From an uncultured Ruminococcus sp. (GTDB lineage Bacteria > Bacillota > Clostridia > Oscillospirales > CAG-272): 64,000 nt of DNA. The stretch covers positions 65,029 to 129,028 of the forward strand of contig CADBKZ010000004.1 of assembly GCA_902795355.1 (NCBI GenBank). Reading direction: 5' to 3'. The notes under the pieces are model-generated. The model did no database searches. It worked only from the letters and a program-made list of their open reading frames with translations, and was not told where the DNA came from. Positions within the stretch are counted from its first letter, which is position 1, and the number at the start of each line of letters is the position of its first letter. The position numbers and the translations under genes were made by a program. This document shows positions 1-9,098 of this stretch, piece by piece.

Positions 1-10
1 GGCGGCGTTA

Positions 11-1222
11 TTGCTGTTTCTGGTCCTTCAGTTTGTAACATGGGTGGTCTACTTTATTGTCACCTTGGTGCTGCACGGTCCCATTAAACGCCGCGAGGAG
101 CGGAGACATTTCCGCTTTATCCGCGCGCTGGTTTACGGCGCGGCGCAGTTCCTGATCATTCTGTTTGTGTTTTTAACGCCGCTGTTCTGCTACTTGCAAT
201 TCGCGCCCGCCATGGTACGCGCCGCAACGGACGTAGAGCTGATCCCCGCGGAAGCGCAGGCAACCGTGAACGAAGAGGAGATCCAGAAGGTTGCGGACAG
301 CCCCGTTTTCCGCCTTTACGGGAAATTGGGCGGCGATAAGCTGAACCGGTCGCTGACCAAGATTACGGTGAGCGGAGAGACCACCTATCTCGCCGCCGAA
401 ATGGATTCCATCGCTTCCCTGACGGGAGACGTTGTGACGTTGAAAAAAGCGGGAGACATTGAAAATTGGAGCGCGAAAGAAGCGGAAGCGATCAAGTCGC
501 TTGCCGCGTCGCTCGGCAACTCCAAGATCATCTCCGCGCTGATTGGCGACGTGGTTGGAAACGCCACCGGAAAATGGATCGCGGGCGAGGCGTTCTTCGG
601 AATGGAGAAACCGTCCGTCGGCGAGTACCTCGATCCGCTCTTCAACCTGCTGTTGCAGGATCTGAACAAGGATTCCCAAAGCGTAAACGCCATTTCGGAC
701 GATCTGGAAACCATTGGAGACATGCTTTCCATCCTGATCCGCGACGGCGTTCTGACCAAGCTCAACGACACCGACAACCTTGTGGACCTGCTGACGAAGG
801 GCACCACGGTCAAGGATATTATCGACGTTCTCAAAGCCAACGAAACCATGAGCAATCTGGTTGACGAGTTTACCAAGATCGGTCTGAAAGCCGTTGGCGA
901 CATGCTGCAGTTGCCCGAGATCAACCTTGACGACTACGAGCAGTTCTTCGACGAAGTGACCGATAAGCTCAACGAGGTTCTTCAGGACATCGACTTCTCC
1001 GATCAGGAGAGCGTCGACGCGGCCATCGATAACCTGACCGAGAAGCTCCAGACCGAGCTTGCAAACGCAAATGTGGACGTGGAACTCAACGATGAAATCA
1101 TCGACCTTTACTCCGATGTTATCATCGAACAGTTCAAGGACAAAGAGGGCGAAGTCACAATCGACGACCTCAAAGAGTTGTTCGGCATTGTCGAAACTCC
1201 CGCGTCCGTCCCCGCGGAATAA
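11..1222 (+). CDS. Hypothetical membrane-anchored acidic protein (5' end possibly outside window)
   Basis: Longest ORF here and it opens at the window edge. Two N-terminal hydrophobic helices (VTWVVYFIVTLVL, FLIILFVFLTPLFCYL) are followed by ~330 aa of D/E/L/I-rich helical sequence. Overlapping opposite-strand ORFs are Arg/Ser-rich junk. No family recognised. Confidence 0.5.
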   Translation: MLFLVLQFVTWVVYFIVTLVLHGPIKRREERRHFRFIRALVYGAAQFLIILFVFLTPLFCYLQFAPAMVRAATDVELIPAEAQATVNEEEIQKVADSPVFRLYGKLGGDKLNRSLTKITVSGETTYLAAEMDSIASLTGDVVTLKKAGDIENWSAKEAEAIKSLAASLGNSKIISALIGDVVGNATGKWIAGEAFFGMEKPSVGEYLDPLFNLLLQDLNKDSQSVNAISDDLETIGDMLSILIRDGVLTKLNDTDNLVDLLTKGTTVKDIIDVLKANETMSNLVDEFTKIGLKAVGDMLQLPEINLDDYEQFFDEVTDKLNEVLQDIDFSDQESVDAAIDNLTEKLQTELANANVDVELNDEIIDLYSDVIIEQFKDKEGEVTIDDLKELFGIVETPASVPAE

Positions 1223-1242
1223 TCTTCAAATCCAATTCTTTC

Positions 1243-1271
1243 GGGCGGTCGCAACGCGGTTGCGGCCGCCC
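1243..1271 (+). terminator. Hairpin after the first ORF
   Basis: GGGCGGTCGCAAC-GCG-GTTGCGGCCGCCC (one mismatch), then TGCTTTCC. Confidence 0.45.
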
Positions 1272-1330
1272 TGCTTTCCGGCAAAACGGCGGCAGGGCTT
1301 TCCGGAATCGTAAAATTTTGCAAAAACCTA

Positions 1331-1359
1331 TTGTAAAATCCGCGCGGGTTTGATATAAT
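1331..1359 (+). promoter_or_regulatory. Sigma-A-type promoter
   Basis: TTGTAA-N17-TATAAT with TGa extended -10, 40 nt upstream of the ATG at 1399. Confidence 0.5.
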
Positions 1360-1398
1360 AAATAGGTATTATCAGAAATCGGCGAAAGGAGAACGCGC

Positions 1399-2190
1399 AT
1401 GGAGCAGAAACCGCTGCCCGATTTCCGCGCCGCGCGAACGGATGCGGGAGTTATTTTATCGAAAAACGGCAATCGCCTGAAATTGATGGAAGGGATTGCG
1501 GTTTGTCTGTTGTCCGTTTTTCTTTCGGTCGTTCTGGCCGAGCTTTTCCAAAGCGTGGTCGGGCTGGCAACCGAAAAGGAATCGATCCTCTTTTTTGCCG
1601 ACGTAGCCGTTTTCTGCTTTTCCGCACTCTTCCAACTGTTTTTCACGTTGCCGCTTTTCGCGGGTCTGCTCGGCATGGCGGCCGGTATGGCGCGGGGCGA
1701 GGCGGTTCTGCTGACCGATCTGTTCGAGCCGTTCTCCGGCAAATCGTCCTATCGCCGCGCGCTCGGCTTGGTCGTTCGCCCGTTTCTGTTCACGGTCGGC
1801 ATGATCCTTGCGGTTCGTTGGACGGCCGGAATATTCGGAGCCGTCGGCGGCGCGTTCTGGGTGGCGTTTCTTGCGGCGGTTGTAATCGTTGCGGAAGTAA
1901 TCCTTTGGCTTCGGATTCTGGCGCGCGGGTTCTTTGCCGCCCTGTTCGTCTGCTTTTGCGGAATGCCGGCGGTGGACGCGTGGTGGAAAAACGACCGCAT
2001 GGCCGGAACCGCGAAACGCGGCGGAACGGTTTGGCTGCTTTGCAACCTGCCGTGGATCCTGCTCGGGCTTCTGACGGTTGGCATCCTGCTCCTTGCCGAC
2101 GTTTTTCCGCGAATGTGCGTTTCCTATTTTCTTTATGCCGGTCGGATGACCGACGCTGTTAATTCTTCGGAGGGTACGAACCATGAATGA
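1399..2190 (+). CDS. Hypothetical polytopic membrane protein
   Basis: ATG preceded by GAAAGGAGAA. Five to six hydrophobic segments. 8-nt overlap with the metG start. Family not recognised. Confidence 0.55.
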   Translation: MEQKPLPDFRAARTDAGVILSKNGNRLKLMEGIAVCLLSVFLSVVLAELFQSVVGLATEKESILFFADVAVFCFSALFQLFFTLPLFAGLLGMAAGMARGEAVLLTDLFEPFSGKSSYRRALGLVVRPFLFTVGMILAVRWTAGIFGAVGGAFWVAFLAAVVIVAEVILWLRILARGFFAALFVCFCGMPAVDAWWKNDRMAGTAKRGGTVWLLCNLPWILLGLLTVGILLLADVFPRMCVSYFLYAGRMTDAVNSSEGTNHE

Positions 2191-4144
2191 ACCTTACTAT
2201 TTGACAACCGCCATTGCCTATGCTTCGCGAAAGCCGCATTTCGGCAATACGTATGAAGTGATCATGAGCGACGCAATGGCGCGCTACCAAAGGGCGCTCG
2301 GCAAGGATGTTTTCTTCTGCACGGGAACGGACGAGCACGGGCAGAAAATTGAAAACTACGCGAACGAGGCGGGAATTTCGCCAAAGGCGTATGTGGACGG
2401 CGTTGCGGGCGAGATCCGCGGCGTTTGGGACCGGATGAACGCGAGCTACGATTATTTCATCCGCACCACCGACGAGCCGCATGTCCGCGCCGTGCAGAAA
2501 ATTTTCAGAAAATTCTACGATCAGGGCGATATTTACAAAGGCGCCTACGAAGGGTGGTACTGCACCCCCTGCGAATCGTTCTTTACGGCAACGCAGGCGG
2601 CAAACGGCGTTTGCCCCGATTGCGGCGCGCCGCTTAAACAGGCGAAAGAGGAAGCCTATTTCTTCCGCATGAGCAAGTACGCCGACCGCTTAATGGCCTA
2701 TATCGAGGAAAATCCCGATTTCATCCAGCCGGAGCTTCGCAAAAAGGAGATGGTCAATAACTTTCTCAAAGCGGGTTTGCAGGACCTTTGCGTGTCTCGC
2801 ACCTCGTTCCAATGGGGGATTCCGGTGGATTTTGACCCCAAGCATGTGATTTACGTATGGGTGGACGCGCTTTCCAATTATATCACCGCTCTCGGTTATG
2901 ATCCCGATAAGACCTACGAGGAACAATCCGACCGCTTCCGCCGCTATTGGCCGGCCGACGTGCATATCATCGGCAAGGATATTCTGCGGTTCCACACCAT
3001 CTATTGGCCCATCTTCCTGATGGCGTTGGGCCTGCCGCTTCCCAAAAAGGTGTTCGGGCATCCGTGGTTCAATTTCGGAACCGATAAAATGTCCAAGTCC
3101 AAGGGCAACGTAATTTATGCCGACGAGCTTGCCGACCATTTCACGGTGGATGGCGTTCGTTATTACGCGCTCTCCGAAATGCCGTTTTCGAGCGACGGCT
3201 CCGTAACCTACGAAGCGGTAATCAAACGGTACAATATGGATCTGGTGAACAACCTCGGAAACCTCGTCAAGCGCACGCTTGATATGGAGAAGAAATATTT
3301 CGGGCAGACCGTTCCCGCGCCCGCCGCGGAAGAGGGAACCGACGCCGAATTGAAAGAAACCTTTGTCCGCGCTTTCGCAAACCTGAAAACCTGCATGGAC
3401 GATTTCCATGTTGCCGACGCGCTCGAAGGCGTTTTCGGGGCTTTGAGCCGCGCAAACAAGTATATCGACGAAACCACGCCGTGGTCGCTCGCCAAGAACG
3501 AGGCCGATCGGGAACGCCTCGGAACGGTTCTGTACAACCTGCTGGAAGCCATCCGGTGGGGCGCGGTTATGCTGACGCCGTTTATCCCCGATACCGCGGC
3601 GGAGATCCTGAACGAGCTGGGAACCGAAAAACGCGGTTTTGAAACGCTCGGGGATGTTTCCGCGTTTTGCGGAATGGCCGCAGGTGCGAAAGTCGGCGAT
3701 TCCAAAGTCCTCTTTGCGCGGGTGGACGAAGCGAAAAAGCTCGAGGAGTTTGCCCGCCTGATCGAGGAGCGGAAAGCCGCCGCCGAAAAGGCGAACGCAA
3801 AGCCCGAAAAACCGGAAGGATGCGCGCAGATCGGCATTGACGATTTCGGAAAGGTCGAGTTGCGAACGGCGCGGGTCGTCGCTTGCGAGCCGGTTCCGAA
3901 AGCCAAGAAACTGCTGAAATTGCAGCTTGACCTCGGATACGAAAAGCGGCAGGTGGTTTCGGGCATTGCCAAATGGTACGCGCCCGAGGATCTGATCGGC
4001 AAAAAGCTGATCGTGGTTGCCAATCTCAAACCCGCCGTGCTCTGCGGCGCGGAGTCCGAGGGGATGATCCTTGCCTCGGGCGAGGAAACGGTTCGCGTGG
4101 TGTTCCTCGATCCCGAAACGCCGCTTGGCGAACGGGTTCGTTGA
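2183..4144 (+). CDS. metG: Methionyl-tRNA synthetase with C-terminal tRNA-binding domain
   Basis: Class I aaRS core (AIAYASRKPHFGNTYE, KMSKSKGN, CPDCG zinc knuckle). C-terminal EMAP-like domain (LQLDLGYEKRQVVSGIAKWY). Confidence 0.95.
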   Translation: MNEPYYLTTAIAYASRKPHFGNTYEVIMSDAMARYQRALGKDVFFCTGTDEHGQKIENYANEAGISPKAYVDGVAGEIRGVWDRMNASYDYFIRTTDEPHVRAVQKIFRKFYDQGDIYKGAYEGWYCTPCESFFTATQAANGVCPDCGAPLKQAKEEAYFFRMSKYADRLMAYIEENPDFIQPELRKKEMVNNFLKAGLQDLCVSRTSFQWGIPVDFDPKHVIYVWVDALSNYITALGYDPDKTYEEQSDRFRRYWPADVHIIGKDILRFHTIYWPIFLMALGLPLPKKVFGHPWFNFGTDKMSKSKGNVIYADELADHFTVDGVRYYALSEMPFSSDGSVTYEAVIKRYNMDLVNNLGNLVKRTLDMEKKYFGQTVPAPAAEEGTDAELKETFVRAFANLKTCMDDFHVADALEGVFGALSRANKYIDETTPWSLAKNEADRERLGTVLYNLLEAIRWGAVMLTPFIPDTAAEILNELGTEKRGFETLGDVSAFCGMAAGAKVGDSKVLFARVDEAKKLEEFARLIEERKAAAEKANAKPEKPEGCAQIGIDDFGKVELRTARVVACEPVPKAKKLLKLQLDLGYEKRQVVSGIAKWYAPEDLIGKKLIVVANLKPAVLCGAESEGMILASGEETVRVVFLDPETPLGERVR

Positions 4145-4159
4145 TCGGGTGCAAAAAAA

Positions 4160-4190
4160 CGGGGAAGGGGTCCGCTTCTTCCCCGATTTT
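4160..4190 (+). terminator. Hairpin after metG
   Basis: CGGGGAAG-N10-CTTCCCCG followed by ATTTT. gpsA starts 19 nt later, so termination is probably partial. Confidence 0.45.
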
Positions 4191-4208
4191 CATTTCGGAG
4201 GAAAAAGA

Positions 4209-5186
4209 ATGAATCTTTCCATGATCGGGTGCGGCCGCTGGGGGTCGTTGATCACATGGTATCTTGACCGCATCGGCCATAGGGTCACGCTGTACGGCAG
4301 GAGCGATTCCGAGCATTTCAAAGCCTTTGCGGAAACGCGGGGAAACGGATTGCTCACGCTTCCCGAAACGGTAACGCTGACGTCGGATCTGGAACGCGCG
4401 TGCCAAGCCGAAATCCTTCTTATCTCGGTGCCGTCCCAGAGGTTGCGGGGGCTGATGGAAGAATTGCGCCCGCTCGCATTGCAAAACCGCGTGTTTGTCC
4501 TTTGCATGAAAGGGATCGAAACCGAAAGCGGCAAACGCCTTTCCGAGGTCGTTGCGGAAACAACGCATCCATCCAACCGCGTGGCGGTCTGGCTCGGCCC
4601 AGGGCATGTGCAGGAGTTTTTGGCGGGCGTTCCGAACTGCATGGTGATCGACAGTTTGCATAACGACTTGAAAGCGCGTCTCGTAACCGCTTTTTCGAGC
4701 GATCTGATCCGGTTCTATTACGGGGAGGACCTGATCGGAAACGAGGTGGGCGCGGCTTCCAAAAACGTAATCGGCATTGCGGCGGGAATTTTGGACGGAC
4801 TCGGCATGTCCACGCTCAAAGGCGCGCTGATGAGTCGGGGAACGCATGAAATCGCGCGGCTGATCGAGGCGATGGGCGGAAACCCGTTTTCGGCCTACGG
4901 GCTCTGCCACCTCGGCGATTACGAAGCCACGGTGTTTTCGCGGTATTCGCATAACCGGCGGTTCGGCGAATGTTTTGCGCGCGGGGAATCCTATGGGGAA
5001 CTTGCCGAGGGGTATGCCACCGCGGCCGCCATGCAGGTCCTCGCAAAGCGACATGGCGTGGAGCTTCCCATTTGCACGGCCGTTTACCGCATCCTGTACG
5101 AGGGCGCGCTGCCCGCGGAGGAGATTGACCGCCTGTTCCGCCGGACGCTGAAACGGGAATTGGGCGCCAAGGCGGTGGCGGAATGA
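4209..5186 (+). CDS. gpsA: NAD(P)H-dependent glycerol-3-phosphate dehydrogenase
   Basis: Internal ATG at 4209 with GGAGGAAAAAG upstream. Rossmann N-terminus MIGCGRWGS. Also GPGHVQEF, KNVIGIAAGILDGLG and HLGDYEATVFSRYSHNRRFG. Confidence 0.85.
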   Translation: MNLSMIGCGRWGSLITWYLDRIGHRVTLYGRSDSEHFKAFAETRGNGLLTLPETVTLTSDLERACQAEILLISVPSQRLRGLMEELRPLALQNRVFVLCMKGIETESGKRLSEVVAETTHPSNRVAVWLGPGHVQEFLAGVPNCMVIDSLHNDLKARLVTAFSSDLIRFYYGEDLIGNEVGAASKNVIGIAAGILDGLGMSTLKGALMSRGTHEIARLIEAMGGNPFSAYGLCHLGDYEATVFSRYSHNRRFGECFARGESYGELAEGYATAAAMQVLAKRHGVELPICTAVYRILYEGALPAEEIDRLFRRTLKRELGAKAVAE

Positions 5187-6010
5187 GCGGCGGATACGAG
5201 GGGATTTTCGATAGCCACGCGCATTATTTCGACGCGCGGTTCGACCGAGAATCCGAAGGCGGCGCGGACGCGATTTTGCATACCGTGTTATCGAAAACGG
5301 TCAAATATATCGTCAATGTGGGAACCAATCCGGAAACATCCCGCGCGGCGGTCGCGCAAGCGGCAAGGTATGCGGGAATGTTCGCCGCGGTGGGCATCCA
5401 CCCCGAGGACGCGCACGCCCTTAACGAAACCGCCGCCATGGAAGATTTGTGCGGCCTGCTCGGCACCGCGGAAACGCGAAAACGCGATAAAATCGTCGCC
5501 ATTGGGGAGATCGGGCTGGATTACCATGCCGGAAACTTCGGGCCGCATCCGTTGGATAAACCGTTGGAAATGCGGGTGTTCGAGGCGCAGCTCTCGCTTG
5601 CCGAGGAGCTGGACCTGCCGGTGATCGTTCATGATAGGGACGCGCACGGCGACATTTTTGAAACGGTTTTGCGCCATCCGGCCGCGCGCGGGGTGATGCA
5701 CAGTTTCGGCGGGAGTCCCGAGCTGGCGCGGGAGTATGTCCGGCGCGGGTGGTATGTCTCCTTTTCGGGAACGCTCACCTTTCTCAACGCGCCGCGCGTT
5801 CGCGAGGCGGCGCGGGCAGTTCCGCGGGATCGGTTGCTGATCGAAACGGATTGCCCCTATCTCGCGCCGCATCCCATGCGGGGCAGGCTGAACCACTCGG
5901 GGCTTCTGGTCTATACGGCGGAAACGCTGGCGGAGCTTTGGAACTGCTCCCCGCAGGAAGCGATCGACCTGACCCGACAGAACGCGGAAAGACTGTTTTT
6001 CGGCGCATAA
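5183..6010 (+). CDS. TatD-family metal-dependent hydrolase
   Basis: DSHAHY, IGEIGLDYH, VIVHDRDAH and ETDCPYLAPHP motifs. ATGA overlap with the gpsA stop. Confidence 0.9.
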   Translation: MSGGYEGIFDSHAHYFDARFDRESEGGADAILHTVLSKTVKYIVNVGTNPETSRAAVAQAARYAGMFAAVGIHPEDAHALNETAAMEDLCGLLGTAETRKRDKIVAIGEIGLDYHAGNFGPHPLDKPLEMRVFEAQLSLAEELDLPVIVHDRDAHGDIFETVLRHPAARGVMHSFGGSPELAREYVRRGWYVSFSGTLTFLNAPRVREAARAVPRDRLLIETDCPYLAPHPMRGRLNHSGLLVYTAETLAELWNCSPQEAIDLTRQNAERLFFGA

Positions 6011-6080
6011 TTTGTGCAATTTTGCCAATTTTCGGCGTTTGTTTTCTACATCGCGCTGCCCGAAAAGTGCGGCATTTCCC

Positions 6081-6109
6081 TTGAAAATTGCAAAAAACTA
6101 TGTTATACT
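6081..6109 (+). promoter_or_regulatory. Sigma-A-type promoter of the EF-G2-like gene
   Basis: TTGAAA-N17-TATACT with TGt extended -10. Confidence 0.55.
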
Positions 6110-6195
6110 AATAATATCAATGTGTTTAATGTCCGGCCTTCCGTCGGCATTTGCATTTTTTCAAACACCGCAGAAAGGATTTCAGGGGAAACGAA

Positions 6196-8253
6196 ATGGC
6201 AAAGATCGAGACCAAAAACATCAGAAACATCGCTCTTTTGGGTCATGGTGGGAGCGGAAAAACATCGCTCGCGGAGGCAATGCTCTATCTGACGGGCGAA
6301 ACCGACCGGCTGGGAACCGTTGCGGCGGGGAACACGGTCAGCGATTTTGATCCGGAAGAGATCGCAAGAAAAATATCGGTTTCCGCGTCGCTGCTCAATA
6401 TGGCGTGGAAGGACGTTAAAATCAACCTCATCGATACCCCCGGGTATCTGGATTTTGTCGGCGAGGTCGTGCAGGCGCTCCGCGTGGTGGATAGCGCCAT
6501 TATCACCGTGGATGGCAAAGCCGGCATCGAGGTCGGTACCGAAATCGCGTGGGATCAGGTCACGCGGGCGGGTCTGCCTTGCGCGTTCTTCATCAATAAA
6601 TTCGACGATAACGAGGCGCGGTTCGGCCGCGTGCTGGACGCGCTCCATGAACGCTTCGGAAAGCATGTTTGCCCGCTGACCATTCCCATGGTGAAAAACG
6701 GCGAGGTGGTGGGATCGATCGATTTGATCGACCGCACCGCGCATGTGTTCGATGATAAGGGCCGGCACAGCGTGGAAATAATCCCCGCGGAGAGCGAAGA
6801 GGCCTCCGCGAAATACCGCGACATGCTGATGGAAGCGATTGCAAGCACCGACGAAGAACTGATGATGAAGTACTTCGACGGCGAGGAGATCGGCCACATG
6901 GAAGCGGTCAACGCCGTTCACGAGGGCATTATCCGCGGCGAGATCGTTCCCGTGTTCTGCGGCGCCGCCACCAAGCTGTGGGGCGTTTGGACGCTTCTTG
7001 ATAAAATTGCGGAGTCCTTCCCGCGCCACACCGCCAAAAAACAGGAAACCCTTGCGGACGGTTCCAAAACCGACATCAAACCCGAGGGCGGCGAACCCGC
7101 GCTCTTTGTGTTCAAAACGGTTGCCGACCCGTTTGTGGGAAAAATGTCGTTCTTCAAAGTTATGAACGGCGCGGTGAAGCGCGATCAGACCATGCGCAAC
7201 AACACCACGGGCGAAACCGAGAAACTCGCGCACCTGTATGTAATGAAAGGGAAGAAGCAAACCGAGGTGGAAGAGCTGGTTTGCGGCGACATCGGCATGG
7301 TGGCGAAGCTCTCCGCCACCAACACCAACGATACGCTGACGTGGAACACCCCGTTTTCCTATTCCAAAATCGAGTTCCCGACCCCCTATTATGTAAAAGC
7401 CATGGTTCCCGCCGGAAAGGGCGACGAAGGCAAGCTCTCGCAGAGCATTGCCCGCATGGTGGAAGAGGACTACACGCTCCGCTTTGAGAACGACGCCGAA
7501 ACCAAACAAATGCTGATCTACGGGCTTGGCGAAGTGCATCTCTCGGTGCTTTCCGCGCGGTTGAAGAGCCGCTTCGGCCTGAACATCAACTATGAAGTCC
7601 CGCGCATTGCCTACCGCGAAAAGATTACCAAGGCGGTGGACGTGGAAGGAAAGCACAAAAAGCAAAACGGCGGATCCGGCCAATACGGGCATGTGAAAAT
7701 GCGGTTCGCTCCGTCCGAGACCGAGGGCCTGACCTTTACGGTTTCGGTGGTTGGCGGAACGGTTCCGAAAAACTTCTATCCCGCCGTGGAAAAAGGGATT
7801 CAGGACGCCATGGCCAAAGGCGCGGCCGGCTTCCCGCTCATGGGGCTTTCCGCCGACCTCTACGACGGCTCCTACCATGCCGTGGACTCGGATGAAATTT
7901 CGTTCAAAACGGCGGCGTCCCTCGCCTATAAAAAGTGCTTGGAAGAAGCCGCTCCCGTAATTCTCGAACCGGTTGGCGATATGAACATTACGGTTCCGGA
8001 CGGAATGGTGGGCGACGTAATGGGCGATCTGAACAAACGCCGCGGCAGCGTAATGGGTATGGAACCCGCCGCCGACCGCAAGGGCTACACCACCGTGCAG
8101 GCGGTTGCGCCCAAGTCCGAAATTTTGGATTATCCCATTGTTCTCCGCGCGATGACGCAGGGGCGCGGATCCTTCAGCTTTAAGGTTACGGGCTACGACA
8201 CCGTTCCCGCCAACCTTTCCGCAAAGATCAAGGAAGAATATAAGGATCGCTGA
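6196..8253 (+). CDS. Elongation factor G paralog (EF-G2-like translational GTPase)
   Basis: Start MAKIETKNIRNIALLGHGGSGKTSLAEAMLYLTG. DTPGYLDF (G3), NKFD (G4) and the full five-domain length (685 aa). It stands alone, not in a str operon. Confidence 0.85.
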   Translation: MAKIETKNIRNIALLGHGGSGKTSLAEAMLYLTGETDRLGTVAAGNTVSDFDPEEIARKISVSASLLNMAWKDVKINLIDTPGYLDFVGEVVQALRVVDSAIITVDGKAGIEVGTEIAWDQVTRAGLPCAFFINKFDDNEARFGRVLDALHERFGKHVCPLTIPMVKNGEVVGSIDLIDRTAHVFDDKGRHSVEIIPAESEEASAKYRDMLMEAIASTDEELMMKYFDGEEIGHMEAVNAVHEGIIRGEIVPVFCGAATKLWGVWTLLDKIAESFPRHTAKKQETLADGSKTDIKPEGGEPALFVFKTVADPFVGKMSFFKVMNGAVKRDQTMRNNTTGETEKLAHLYVMKGKKQTEVEELVCGDIGMVAKLSATNTNDTLTWNTPFSYSKIEFPTPYYVKAMVPAGKGDEGKLSQSIARMVEEDYTLRFENDAETKQMLIYGLGEVHLSVLSARLKSRFGLNINYEVPRIAYREKITKAVDVEGKHKKQNGGSGQYGHVKMRFAPSETEGLTFTVSVVGGTVPKNFYPAVEKGIQDAMAKGAAGFPLMGLSADLYDGSYHAVDSDEISFKTAASLAYKKCLEEAAPVILEPVGDMNITVPDGMVGDVMGDLNKRRGSVMGMEPAADRKGYTTVQAVAPKSEILDYPIVLRAMTQGRGSFSFKVTGYDTVPANLSAKIKEEYKDR

Positions 8254-8270
8254 AACGGCGAAACCGCGGC

Positions 8271-8306
8271 GGCGGGGCGCAATGTTGCCAAACATTGCGC
8301 CCCGCC
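8271..8306 (+). terminator. Perfect 16-bp hairpin after the EF-G2-like gene
   Basis: GGCGGGGCGCAATGTT-GCCA-AACATTGCGCCCCGCC. Confidence 0.6.
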
Positions 8307-8416
8307 GTATTCTGTCGGAAAAACGCGTTTTCCGCCATATGGTATTCAAATTTCAGAAAAACGCGCACGATTGCTTTTTTTTGCCGAAAAACGGCGATTT
8401 TTGACGACACGGTACG

Positions 8417-8446
8417 AAAAAAACAGGTCGGTTGACCTGTTTTTTG
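8417..8446. terminator. Bidirectional terminator
   Basis: A7-CAGGTC-GGTT-GACCTG-T6, 8 nt from the histidine phosphatase stop. Confidence 0.6.
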
Positions 8447-8453
8447 TTTTCCG

Positions 8454-9098
8454 CTATACCGTTTTCGGCAATTCGGTAATCAACCCCGTCAAATGCCCGT
8501 CGTAACCGTACTGCACAATGCGCGGGGCGTCGGAATCGCGGTATTCCACCGTTGTTACCGACGCGTTCGCGCTCCACGGAACCTTGGCAACCTCTTTCAG
8601 CGAAAGCCCGTTCCAATGGCACCAAAGCACGCGCAAAGGGGTTGCGTGGCTGAACAGCGCAACGCATTTCCCGCGGTTTTCCGCAACGATCCGGTCCACG
8701 CAGGCGGCCGCGCGCCGATATACATCCGCAACCGATTCTCCCAAAGGGCAGGAAGCGTTTCCAAGGTCGTGGAGCCATGTGTCAAATTCCCGCGGATAAC
8801 GCGCGGCAATCTCCCCAAACTCCATCCGTTCCCATGCCCCCGCTTGGATTTCCCGCAGGTCGGCCGCGGGAAGTATGGGAAGCCCGTGGTCTTCGGCCGT
8901 CGGCTCCGCGGTTTGCATGGCGCGGCGCAGATCGCTCGCGTAAATCCTGTCAATTGCGGCGCGGCGCAGGTATTCCGCGGTTCGCGCCGCTTGGCGAAGC
9001 CCGAGCGCGGTCAGCGGAACGTCGCTTTGCCCCGTAAAGGTGTTGGAAAGGTTGCTTTCGCTCTGTCCGTGGCGAACAAAAATCAGCGTGGTTTTCAT
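8454..9098 (-). CDS. Histidine phosphatase family protein (phosphoglycerate mutase-like/CobC-like)
   Basis: LIFVRHGQSESN (RHG catalytic motif) and FSHATPLR (second His). ATG at 9098 overlaps the stop of the upstream MFS gene (ATGA). Confidence 0.85.
   Translation of the reverse strand: MKTTLIFVRHGQSESNLSNTFTGQSDVPLTALGLRQAARTAEYLRRAAIDRIYASDLRRAMQTAEPTAEDHGLPILPAADLREIQAGAWERMEFGEIAARYPREFDTWLHDLGNASCPLGESVADVYRRAAACVDRIVAENRGKCVALFSHATPLRVLWCHWNGLSLKEVAKVPWSANASVTTVEYRDSDAPRIVQYGYDGHLTGLITELPKTV

Noticed and set aside
6103-8349. 748-aa ORF antisense to the EF-G2-like gene. Similar long antisense ORFs occur at 14062-15093, 15696-18032, 40501-42345, 54038-57070, 59676-60962 and 61649-63472.
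   Set aside because: These are typical shadow ORFs of high-GC DNA. They are Arg/Gly/His/Ala-rich low-complexity translations with no motifs. Each lies exactly opposite a gene with unmistakable conserved motifs.
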